Source of the DNA: the human T2T-CHM13v2.0 reference genome, Homo sapiens
Direction: 5' to 3' (one strand)
Assembly: GCF_009914755.1 (NCBI RefSeq)
Contig: NC_060932.1
DNA length: 64,000 bases
Position numbers and translations under genes: made by a program. The notes beneath the pieces are model-generated. The model searched no databases, had not been told where the DNA came from, and saw nothing but the letters and a program-made list of their open reading frames with translations. Shown one piece after another: positions 12,976 through 24,196 of the stretch (positions are counted from its first letter, which is position 1; each line of letters begins with the position of its first letter).

Positions 12976-14568
12976 AATTTAAAATGACACACAAATATTA
13001 GAAGGCTTTCGAATGTGAGTATATTAGGGGACGAGTAGATTCCATGATATGTAATTGATGATTTTTATTAGCTATGTTAATATCTGACCGAATACTACAA
13101 GATGAATTTTCAATTGGTTATAAGCTTTGTTTAATAATTTCAATATTCCTTTACACAAATATATATTTATAAGAAAAATTTAAGGCCTTTAATTTTAGCT
13201 TCAATAGATATTAACCTAATCAGAGAATGGCTTTACCACACTGAACTCACCATCTTAATTGAAGCTTTATAAAGCACAAAATTGTTGTATACAGACAAGA
13301 ACATTTCATCAGAGAGGTGACATTTAAATTTTTACTCAGACAGTGCAAGTAGAAAAAAACAATCCCAGATGATTTGCAGAATTGTCTAAAGTCCACAAAA
13401 ACCAATCTTTAAGAAGACAGTAATTATAATTCAAGTAGTTACATATGTGTACATTCTCATAACCCTGAATACTGTATGGAAACAATGATAATTTATCTGA
13501 CTTCAAAACAGACTTGGAAATTTAGAAAGTGAAAGATAAAGTTACTTTCTATAAAAAATACCCAATCTTATATAAAATGCTAAATTTATATTTTATTCCT
13601 CATTGTGATAAAATTAGAAAACACGTTGCTAAATTTTAAGACAAAGTTATCAAACCCACCTAATTTATCAAGGGATTTACCTCAATTCATAGGTATATTA
13701 CATAAACTAGGACTTTATAATAATACCACATTTATTAATTTTATGTGTATTAGAAGCTTTCATTAGTGCATTTTTATGGCCATTTGTTGCTGGCTGATAC
13801 CATTTGCATTTCTTTGTTTCTTATCTAGTAATCTTTCATTGCCAGCACAGCTTGACTTTTCCTGAGCTGGTAGGGAAATTTTTCTTAAAAGGCCAGTGCA
13901 CTTAAAGCATTAACGATTCAATTTCTTCCTTCTCTTCTTTAAATTTAAGATGCTGTATTCTAACATGTTAATATCCTTCAGAGTTAGACAAAGGTATGCT
14001 AGAGCTATGCTCAGAAACATTTTAAATTATGCATCAGACTAATCTTATCAAAATCTTGGACAAGTGGGAAATATTGGGGGTTTGAACCTCACGTAGGGAT
14101 CTTTGTCTGGGTGCCAAACTACTAAGGTAGAGATTTCTAGTTTATTCTCAGAGGGGGTAACTCTTAATATCTTTCAAGAGAAAATCAAGAAAAGGCCAGG
14201 TTATATAGATGTCATTCAATTTCTTAGGAAGGTGTTCATCAATAAGATGTCTTCAGACTCCAGATAAACCCTGTGAATTCCATCTGCATTCCCATTCCAT
14301 CATCCTTTGGGTTTATCCACAGCCTGATAGACAAGCCAAGCCAGGCCCTGTGCTCTGCAAACCATGCCAAACTGTTTCAGTTTGTAAAAAATATTTTCCT
14401 ATGCTTTCTCCCCTTTAATGGAAGATGTGTGTGTTTGTCTTTAGGTGTGGAAATATGACAGATTCTCATGATCAGCAACTGTCTAAACATGCCCCTTAAA
14501 AAAATCTAGCTACAAATGGAGAGGGGTTATAATTAGAAACAGAACATTCATTGTAATTCTATTCCCTC

Positions 14569-15794
14569 TGTAAAGGGTGAGGAGGTTTTTCTTACAGACA
14601 CACACAGGACAGCATCAGAAAAATCCGCTTTTACAAAAGCCAGTATACAGAGGATGGTATGCAAGTGCTGGGGATTCGCTGAAAACTCAGCTCACAAAAA
14701 GCAGATTAATTGGAGAAAAGGCATGCAAATTTATTTAATGTGAATATCCTGGAGCCTTCAGAATGAAGACTCAAAGATGCACGGGAAATTGTCCATTTAT
14801 GGGCTTAGGTTTAACAACATTTGGACAGCCATGTAGAAATATGATTGTGCAAAAAGGGTGTGATCTAATGGTGATAGACCGCAGGAGGAAACATAGCAAG
14901 GCCTGTCTGTCTAGATTCTTCTTGGCCTCTCTGAACAGCACTCCTTCTTTCTGGATGTGGGGCAGGAGCCCCTCTGGAATGGGGTTCTTTTTTTATACAA
15001 CTTTTATTTTAAGTTCAGGAGTACATGTGCAGAATATGCAGGTTTGTTACACAGGTAAACATGTGCCTTGGTGATTTACTGTGCAGATCGTCCCATCACC
15101 AGCATTCATTAGCTATTCTTCCTGATGATCTCCCTCTCCCCATTCCGCCATAGGTGCCCAATGTGTTTTCGTACCCCCTCCCCACACATGTCCATGTGTT
15201 CACATCAGTCAGCTTCCACTTATAAGTGAGAACATACTTACAGTGTTTGGTTTTCTGTTCCTGTGTTAGCCTGTTGGGAATAATGGCTTCCAACTCCATC
15301 CATATCCCTACAAAGGATATGATCTGATTCCTTTTTATGGCTGCATAGTATTCCATGGTGTATATGTATCACATTTTTCTTTATCCAGTCTATCATTGAT
15401 GGGCATTTAGGTTGATTATATGACCTCTGCTATTGTAAATAATGCTGCAGTGAACATATATGTGCATGTATCTTTGAAATAGAACCATTTATATGGAATG
15501 GGATTCTTATGCCTACTGTCAAACAAGGTAGGTCAGATAATTTCTTTATAGCCAGTTTTTACACAGAAAGATGAGGGAAAAGTTAAAGAAATGGTTTTAG
15601 GTTTTATGATTGGCTTTGAAGTAAAGGAATTCTGGTTTCTATGACTCACTCACCTTGGGGAAGAGGGATACTAGGTTCTATGGGTAGCCTTGGGGGAAAA
15701 TAGGACCTGAGAGACAAGAGGGTATAAGGAAGTGAGAGAAAAACTTTTGCCTCTGAGGCCTTCACTTTGCAGTATTCTTTTCTGCATCCCAACA
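14569..15794 (-). mobile_element. ERV1 MER4-group LTR interrupted by an L1PA fragment
   Basis: Minus strand begins TGTTGGGATGCAGAAAAGAATAC...GAAGGCCTCAGAGGC, similar to the 9878 LTR, and ends ...CCCTTTACA. Confidence 0.7.
14990..15493 (-). mobile_element. L1PA (older primate) 3' fragment
   Basis: ttttaagttcaggagtacatgtgcag...ggctgcatagtattccatgg; TSD tggaatggg(g/a)ttctt at 14975-14989 and 15494-15508. Confidence 0.9.
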
Positions 15795-18014
15795 CAAGCA
15801 ACCCCTCCATAGACAAGATAATTTGAGACAAGCCATTTGAAAGTGCTTCCTATGTTCCCCCATTCTCCCAAGAAAAAGATCAATGATGTATGATGTGACT
15901 TGGAGAGATTTTCTCCACCAAATGTTTAGACTGGGCTGTGGTCTCATAAAATAGCTGCTCCCTTGAAACAGTTGTGAAAAGCAGAGGAAGGCCAGAGGAG
16001 ATGGAAATTTTGTGAAATCCTGCAGACATAGAACACGGAATCAACCTCTTAGCACTTAACACTGGTGGACAGAAAACAGTTGGCCACTAATTAAGGACAG
16101 AAATAATTCAGATCAGTCACAAACCAGAGATAAACCAGACAACCACACAGTTGTGAACCAGAAATAATCCAGAAATGAACTCAGCGAGATTCTGATGTTA
16201 CTGTCCATGACAGCTCATTCAGACCACCAATTAGAGTGGCCCCACGAAGATACCAGCACCACACCTGGGTGACTTGGACAGCTGAATACTCATGGACAGA
16301 AAACTGTTATCACAAATCAAAACCCAAGCCAAAACCTTATGACAGTTCTGGTCACAGAGTAAGGTCCTCCCCTATTCCCACCCCATAATAAAAAAATAAT
16401 GCATGGCATTGCTCTAGTTTTTCACAACAGCGAGACTCCAAGAATGAAGGTAGAAAGCTGCATCTATAGTTGAAATTATCTTAATAAATAAAAACTAGGA
16501 TCTTTCTGCTGTTCATGGTGTATTCGGGAAACAAGGCTTTAGGATGTGCTTTTATTCTGGCTCCTGGTACAACCAACCGGGATGCCTTGCTTATTTGTAA
16601 CTACTATTCTCCTACAGGCTCCTATGATTACGACCCTTCTCAGAATGCGAGATGTTCAGAAACAGAAATCTCTTCCAGCCAAGCTGTGGAACAGGCTCTT
16701 TGTAAACAGGCTCTTTGTCAACAGGGTTAAGCTGCTAAGGACAACATGTCAGTTTCACTCTTTCTTGATGGCTTTATTTTAGTATTTTAGTTACACTGCT
16801 ATCAGTACATGTGACATGTATTTAATAAAATGCTCCTAAAACTAGTAATAAAATGGTTATGTCTATAAATTTTCCCACAAATCAAGAGAAGTGTTCACTT
16901 TTTTTTCAAAAAGAAAAAAGCACATCTCTCTTTCTCCTTCTCTCTTCTCTATTTGCATCTCACCTTCCAACGTGCTCTTGGAAGGAAGGGCCAGCCAAGG
17001 GGAGGGTCAGGTGGGCGTGTTCTCCTGCAGCTAGTCATGATTATTCTGAGTCATATAGGACATTTATTTCATGTTTTCTTTGGGTGTAAAACTGCCTGCT
17101 TCCTGCTGATCCTGTGCTGAAAGTGTTAATCTGCAGTGAAGGCAAAGTTAACAAGGGACAGGCCATAAATGGCTCCAGCTGTGTATAATTAACTGTAATA
17201 CTGCAGAGTAAATGACTTTTATTGGCAACCATGTCATAACTTCATTAAAAGTCATATTTACAGCCCTCTCATATGAAATGAGTCCTCCTGTATTCTGCAA
17301 TTTAATGAGCATTCATTTTCACCTTGTTCAATTATCTTGAAATCTCCCCCCTCCCCCAAAACACTCTTCCTCTCCCTAGTGTGGGAAGCATGAAGCCAAA
17401 ATACAATAGGAATGCAATTAGCACCTGGCAGAGGGCTCCTCTTCTAGGGAGCATTTCCCAAACCACAATAAAACTGTTTCTCCTTGTTTTCAATTATAAA
17501 TAGGTAACTTCCTTACACAAAAACATTAAGTAACAATCATAAAAACGTCAAATTGATTTGACAGAAAGCTTTAGAAGGATTAGGCCTCTGAAAAGAGGTC
17601 ATGTCTAAACTAATCAGGAACTAAGTCCAAATCTGTTAAAGTGTAAAGGCGCTGCGAATAATGATCTCAGAGAAGAGGACAGAAAATGAAGTGAACAATA
17701 GATTTTTAATCAAATCTTTTCCATTGCAGCCCCTGTAGTCTGAGAGTACATATCTTACATTTTTTTTCTCCTTGAGTGGTGTATCTAATTAAATGCCTCT
17801 CTCTCCAGTTCTACTTCCTTTCACTCCCCTCTTTTCATCTCTTCGCTCACGTTTCAAGGAAAATATCTTGTCTGACCCGTGAAGTGATCTAGGAACTCAG
17901 TCTCATGATCTCCAACTCAGCTTTCATTCAATCTCAGATGCCTTCTTAGGGTTTTTGGATATATAGGGAAATTTTGAGTGTGGAAGTACAGGATCAAGAG
18001 TTGTTTGTCTGTTA

Positions 18015-18177
18015 CTTTTTTCTTTTTTTTAGAAGGAGGGTCTCACTCTGTCATGCAGGCTGTAGTGCATTTGCACGATCATGGCTCATTGCAGCCTCAA
18101 ACTGCTAAGTTCAAGTGATCATCCTGCCTTGGCCTCCCAAAGTGCTGGAATTACAGGCATGAGCCACTGTGTTGGCT
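18015..18177 (-). mobile_element. Alu monomer (FAM/FRAM-like)
   Basis: Single ~150-bp antisense Alu arm with T-rich tail. Confidence 0.75.
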
Positions 18178-18254
18178 AAAAGTAGTTTTTTCTTTGTGAA
18201 AGTTCCAGTTGATGTACTCTGGTTCAAAGCGAAACTATACTGTCTATATGCATA

Positions 18255-18430
18255 TTAGGAAGAGCATGCTCGGGGGACCCAGGCAGGATTGTATTTTCAT
18301 CCCCACCACCCACTGGCTGCAGAGCTTTGGAAAATTTAGCTCAACCTTCCTGAAGATAATTTTCATATAAATAGGATTAATTACCATTTTTATGGGGTTA
18401 TTAGTCTTAAATTAAATAATGTGTCTGCCA
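18255..18430. mobile_element. MIR
   Basis: Degenerate MIR core (gagctttggaaaatttagctcaacc...ggattaattacc...aattaaataatgt). Confidence 0.45.
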
Positions 18431-19233
18431 TTGTGTTCCAAAGAGAAGACATTAAATCAATGCTTTTTCCACCATCAAAATAGAATGTTGGACATTAATG
18501 TGTTGGCCTCCAGATTAACTGAGAACTACTCTTGACAAGGATGCATGGTGACTGACAAGCCAGAATCTGTAAAACAGATCTGTCCACCATAAAAGGATGC
18601 CATGAAAGGTAATGATGACTAACTCAGTCTGGAAGGCAGTGAGAAAAATGATAGCCATGGCTAGCCTTGGACTTGAGGCCATCTCACCTCCCAGACACCC
18701 AGTGGTCTAAGGGTCTGAGCAGGGGGGATGGGAAGGGGAGCAGTGCTGGAAAACCATTTAAGCACAGCCAGCACTTACATTTTGGAATGTAAAATGCCCT
18801 TGGAAGCTGGCATCATTTTAAACATAATGCCACACGCCAGGGAATACTTTCTGCTGCCAAGCCTGCCGTCTTCAGCAAATTCTTCTGCACAGTTGTGTTG
18901 CTGTTCTCAGCCCTGCTACTTTATCTGATTTTAGGCTGACCCTTTATAACGAGCACTTCGGGCTGGAGGTATTGTTTAGGAGCACTGTTTCCATCATTCA
19001 TTTGGGGTTTTAATGAAGCTTAGAAATGCCATGAGCAAGAGCAGCATCTAATGGAATTTTCTTTTCTTTCTGTTTTTCTTCAATGGAAGATCAAGTTTGC
19101 TTATAGAGGTTTAACTGGCTTGCAACCAGCATTTAAACATTAAAAACAAAGAATAAAGTAAAGCAGGGTAGAATGGAAAATAAATAAAGTACAATCATAT
19201 GGAAAAGTATAGACTCATAAAATGTTAAATGCA

Positions 19234-19235
<2 letters not shown>

Positions 19236-19269
<34 letters not shown>
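19236..19269. repeat. (GT)n microsatellite
   Basis: About 17 perfect GT units. Confidence 0.95.
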
Positions 19270-19272
<3 letters not shown>

Positions 19273-20567
19273 GCTGCAAAATATGGCCCCCGAATTTGAA
19301 AATCACCAATATAATGGTTAGCACTCCTACTCAATTATCACTAGTCTTGGGGTAAGTTGCCCTGCACTGCTGTGTTATTGTCTTATTGCAGTTTGCTCCT
19401 CAAAGTACTATTTATCTTCTACTTCCTCAATTGAGGCAAGGGGGTCTATTTTAAATTAAGCAAGAAGATGGTTGTCTCCTTGTGGATCATTTGAGCTTCT
19501 ACAGTTAATCAGTCCTAACCCTTTTCAGTATAAAGAAGCAATCATTTGACTGATCAAATTTAATAAAAATCTCAAATACAAAAATTTGCATTTAGATGCA
19601 GTGTGCTACAGTGTGTTCCTAACAAGATAATTAATCAGGAGCATGCAGGGTGGTATTTGATCGCTCTTTCACCAAGTGTTCCAGGACAGCTTATTTCAAA
19701 TGTTTTGAAATGGGGGACCTCAGGAGAGTTCCACGGTAAATGTCACAGATATATTCTGGCTCAATCTTTAGTGCAAGTAAGGGGACTAGACAAAAGCAAT
19801 GCTGAGGATAAGGGAAGATTTTAGGAGGAGGTGCCTCCTGGAAGGGGTTATTGCATTGTTGATTCCTGGCCCAGACTTGTACCTCGTTAAAATAATATTT
19901 TTTCTAGTATCTTTGATCTAGCATTTTTCTTGCTCTCTGGTTTCCACTGCCCCTTCTCCCAGAGGCTGAATTGTAGGAGTGAGGCAATTACATACAATGT
20001 GTGAATTCTATTAAAAGTAGACTCCAGGAAGAGCAAAGGGAACAAACAAGAGAGCTATGGATGATGGCAGATCCCTATTGGACACTAGATTTTCAGATCC
20101 CCAGTCTGGCACACTGTTGAAGCAGGCAAAAGACCTCACATGGAAACTGTAAGATGATCTTGCACATTTCCAAACAGATGGCCGGCCAGCAGAGGCATCT
20201 GCTCTGACTTCAGGCAGGGCAGGGGAGGCCAGGGAGAATGTCCTCTGGAATCTGGGACAGCTTTTGAAGACCTTCATGACTTTCCATGGCATAGAGGTCA
20301 CCTCCCTCACTTGCCTTGTCTCCTTTTTCCTTCTTGACTTCTTGATTTTTAAGGACCAATTTGTTGGAAAAGAGAGGGAGGCAAACATATATACAGGTTT
20401 TTTTTTCCAGAATTTTTTTTTAAAGAAAGATAGAAGGAAATAGGTAAAAAAGGCAAGATAGAGAAACCAAAAGGGAAGGAGGAAGGGAACAGAAAGGAGA
20501 AAAAGACAAAGTTCAAAAATAAAAACCCAGTTTTACATTGTGTCTCACTACTTTCTTCTTCATGTTC

Positions 20568-20572
<5 letters not shown>

Positions 20573-20604
<32 letters not shown>

Positions 20605-20655
20605 CAGCTATACAGATAGATAGAAGATAGACAGGTATAGATATAGATATATATT
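20573..20655. repeat. (TA)n plus degenerate (TAGA)n simple repeat
   Basis: Seen directly. Confidence 0.9.
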
Positions 20656-21089
20656 TGCAACTTATTGAAAATGCAGGAGCATGGCCAATTATTTGGCTGT
20701 GAGAAGTACTGTAATTAAACAATGAATGCCCACTGCTACAGCCTTTTCTCTTTTCTTCAAAGAACATAAAGAAATAATAAAATGAGAAGATCCTGCCCTG
20801 TTCCACCTGTGGGTTCCACATATTAGGGTATTTAGGGCCAATTTCCTCCCCTGGATTTCTTCTATCAAGACAATCTATGGTCAGGCTTGTTCTTTGATGA
20901 CATTTCCAGAGGCTCTAACTAAAGTTGACAGATGTCTGTTTTTATAACCAAGACAATTGCCTCCAACATGTTCATTACATTTTAACAAATTATTGGAAGT
21001 GCACTGTCCCTGTTGATAAAGAGAAGGTGAGTCAGTCCGCCAAAGGAAGCATATGCTCCAATACGTCCAATGCTATGTATAGTTGCTGC

Positions 21090-21272
21090 AAGTCTATGGA
21101 CAAAATGCCTGTTAGAATCCCAATCCTGCTGAGTAAGCTATGCAATTTTGTGCAAGTTATTTCCCATTTGCTTCATTTTCTGCCTGAAAGAGAAGAGATA
21201 ATCATTATACCTACCTCATAGGGCTGTTGTGAGGATTAAATGAGTTAATTCAAGTAGCACACCTAGAATGGT
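21090..21272. mobile_element. MIR
   Basis: MIR core acctacctcatagggctgttgtgaggattaaatgagttaat. Confidence 0.8.
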
Positions 21273-21795
21273 ACAGATTTTTAATAGTTAGCTTTTATAT
21301 GATGAGGTGGAGGAAGAAGAAGAGACAAAGCTTTACCCCAAAAGGACACAGACAGTATAAAACAATATAAAACATGGAGTAAACAGAAGTCTTGGACTCT
21401 CAGCCCCAGAAGACCATTCATTTGCAATCCGAATTTTCTTTGGAAAAGGAAGGATGATTCAGAAGTTGGAATCAGAAAAAACAACGTGATGGTTAACTTT
21501 ATATATCAACTGGCTAGACCATGGTATCTAGGTTGGTTTGTTTGTTTTTGTCAAATACCAGCCTAGAAGAAGCTGCAAAGCCCAGAACTCTTGAGTAAGG
21601 CATAATGCCTTCCATAGTGTGGGTGGGCTTTTTCCAATCAATCGGAGGCCTTAAGAGAAAAAAAAAATGAGGTCCCCCACAAAAAGAAGGAATTCTACCT
21701 CCAGGTTGTCTTTAGACTCAAGACCGCAACATCATTTCTTCCCAGGACCTCCAGCTTGTAGGCCTGCCTTGCACATTTCAGACTTCCTGGACTCC

Positions 21796-22183
21796 TGTCA
21801 AGTTCTAACTGAGGTCCAAGAGGAGCCAGTGGGTGAGTGGCGGTAGTTAGAAAAACACTCAAGGAATCGTAGACAGTTTTGACATTGCTTTACTCTCTCT
21901 CTGGGCAAGAGCAAGCCTGAATGCAAGCAAGTCCAGGCACGAGCTGAGCCTGGTTGCAAGCCAAGTTGTATGTACAGCATTGGCAGGGTAATTATACCTT
22001 TTACAGACCTTAGTGGCTCCAAGCCAAGCACAAGCTCACATGGGTGATCACCTAATGATCCTCATGTGACATGGTTACGTAATGTGCAGAGTTGTGTGCC
22101 TGCACTCCAAACTTGCTGAGTCATGCTGGACAGGATGTCTGCCTCAGCCTATTCTTGCCCGCAGCACATCCATTTTCCTTACA
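21796..22183 (-). mobile_element. 3' LTR (LTR18A-like)
   Basis: Minus strand TGTAAGGAAAATGGATGTGCTG...GAACTTGACA; roughly 80% identical by eye to 24197-24585. Confidence 0.88.
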
Positions 22184-22200
22184 CTCCACCTCCTACACCC
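22184..22200 (-). other. Polypurine tract
   Basis: GGGTGTAGGAGGTGGAG immediately 5' of the 3' LTR. Confidence 0.75.
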
Positions 22201-22504
22201 AAGGGATACATAGGCATTGGATACACAGGTCTGACACATAGGCCTTATATTCCACCCTCTAGGCCGAGGGAGTTCTTCTAGTGGGGAGACATGCCTACAG
22301 GGTGGAACCCTGGATCCAGAGGCCACAGCAGTAACACAGGGGGAAACAACTCTAGGTTATGGTGGGCAACCACCCCATGGTGACGTTACCCCAATGTTGC
22401 TTTATACATTAAGCCATGTTTTTATTTCCCTACATTTAGGGGCACTGGGGCAGGCAGCAACAGGTTACTGTTCGTCCCCATAGCTAGTTGGAGGAGGTCA
22501 TCCT

Positions 22505-23355
22505 TCCTCCTATAGGTTTTGTTACATGCTTTGGCCCTACATGGGCCAGAGACCAACTAGCCACCTCTGTAGCTTCTAGGTAGTTAACCCCAAGGTTAAG
22601 CCTCAGTAAACTGCCCAGCTATTGGTGCAGATTACCATAGTTGTCACCTCTTTGGTGATCACCATTCACACTGCCCTGAGTTCAGCCCACTGGCTACTTT
22701 GTCCACACCTGGTATCAAACCATATGGTGTCAGTACTGCAACAGCAGTCCAGGCAGTAGCAGCACCCCAGCTAGACCCATCTGTATACTATACTTCATCA
22801 GGAATTAGAGGGATGCCCTTTCTTCAACAGTGAAGGCTTGAGGTCTAGTAGTACCTCAGGCCACATGGTCTTATCTTGCATTAGGACTACAGGTCCCAAG
22901 ACCTCTTGCAATTCTGTTGCTAAAGGGCTCGTATTCAGTGTACTTCACTGTTCTAAGTAAGCACCCCACTTTGCTAAAGTGAATGTCTGTGCTGTCCCAG
23001 TCCAGGGAATTGTTACTCATGAACGCACCCATCTTGCTATTGGGTAAGTTATCCACACGACTGCAGCCTGTCTGTCACACTCTCACAAGCCTGAAGGGTG
23101 GCATATATAGCTACTAGCTGTTTCTCTATCAAGGAATACTGGGGCTCAGTTCCCTTCCATAGTTGGGACCCAAAGCCCACTGGCATTCTCGAGTACTCCA
23201 TGTGCTGTCACAGGCCCCAAATGAAACCATCTATGGTCACATGCACATCTAGCTCAAACAGGCACCCCTGGTTAACTACCCATAGGACTTGTGCCTGCTG
23301 CAGAGCCCATTTGGCTGCCAGGAAGGCGGTCTCAGCTGCAATATCTTAATTCTAG
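22505..23355 (-). pseudogene. Disrupted retroviral pol connection/RNase H remnant
   Basis: Manual translation gives AAETAFLAAK, FELDVHVT, YSLIEKQL, YTDGSS, GQSSQWAELRAV, VICTNSWAVY, with many stops and frameshifts. Confidence 0.85.
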
Positions 23356-24157
23356 GCAAGAGAAGCATTGCCACTTCTAAGTCTTCAAGAGAATCAAAGG
23401 TTAACATAACATCATCAACAAGACCGTGATATATGGTGGGGCTATGCACATAGTCCTGCGGCAACACTGTAAAAGTCCATTGTGACCCATCCCACATGGA
23501 GGCAAACTGTTCCTGGCTCTCTGGAGTGATGTCTATGGAGAAAAATGCATTGGCTAAGTCCACGACATAGTGGTACTGTGCCAGTTCTACCACCAAACGG
23601 TCCATCAATTCCATGATTGACAGTACAGCTGCATGCAAAGGGGGTGTTACTTTATTCAGTTCCCAATAGTCCACCGTCATCTGCCAAGTTCCATCAGGCT
23701 TTCTAACAGGCCACACCGGAAAATTGTAGTGGCTATGGGTGCCATAAAGTATCTGCACCTTCTCCAGCTTTATCAGACTGAGTGGAGTCTCTGGTTGAGA
23801 TGATGGACCCAGGCCTGCATTCACAGCAGCCTCTAATTCCTTTTCCAAGCTCTGTAGCTGGCCCTTCAGGTGTCCCGCCTGTGCCTGGAGTTCCCCATTA
23901 ATGGCAGCTTCTAATTGTTTCTCTGAGTTGTGTAGCTGGGCCTCCAGGTGCCCCACCAGCGTCTGCAGGGCCCTTACCCATGCTGCATCCCTCAGGGACT
24001 GGGTGTGTACTTCTTGTGGCACAGTCAAAAACGCCCATCCAACTCTGTCAGCAAAAGCTCGCTCCTTCTCAGTGCTTTGTGCTTCCAGCTGCTTCAGCAC
24101 CTTCTCCATGCTTGTGGGGACCCATCTACCACTCCCTAGGTTTCTGCTAGAGCCCAT
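23276..24157 (-). pseudogene. Open chimeric gag-fragment/RT-fragment ORF (293 aa) of the deleted provirus
   Basis: RT motifs PVWPVRKPDGTWQMTVDY, VVDLANAFFSI, LPQDYVHSP and VDD in the ORF track; N-terminal half gag-like and heptad-rich; YXDD context deleted. Confidence 0.75.
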
Positions 24158-24176
24158 CTGAGCAGCACAGCTCAGG

Positions 24177-24194
24177 ATCCTGTTTGTGATGACA
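24177..24194 (-). other. Primer binding site, tRNA-Ser(CGA)
   Basis: TGTCATCACAAACAGGAT versus the recalled tRNA-Ser complement TGGCGTCACGAACAGGAT (15/18, two mismatches are CpG decay), 2 nt after the 5' LTR. Confidence 0.8.
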
Positions 24195-24196
24195 AT

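Noticed and set aside
9878-15794. Two related LTRs as the ends of one provirus
   Set aside because: Opposite orientations, the first has its own TSD, and no internal retroviral sequence lies between them
16100-16180. Short direct repeats aaccaga(g/a)ataa
   Set aside because: Only two or three degenerate copies; probably part of an old unrecognised repeat
18711-18738. G-quadruplex-like GGG runs
   Set aside because: First loop is 8 nt and the motif is isolated; very common in the genome
20011-20821. ORFs of 102-125 aa on the minus strand
   Set aside because: Run through low-complexity purine-rich and (TA)n sequence; no protein features
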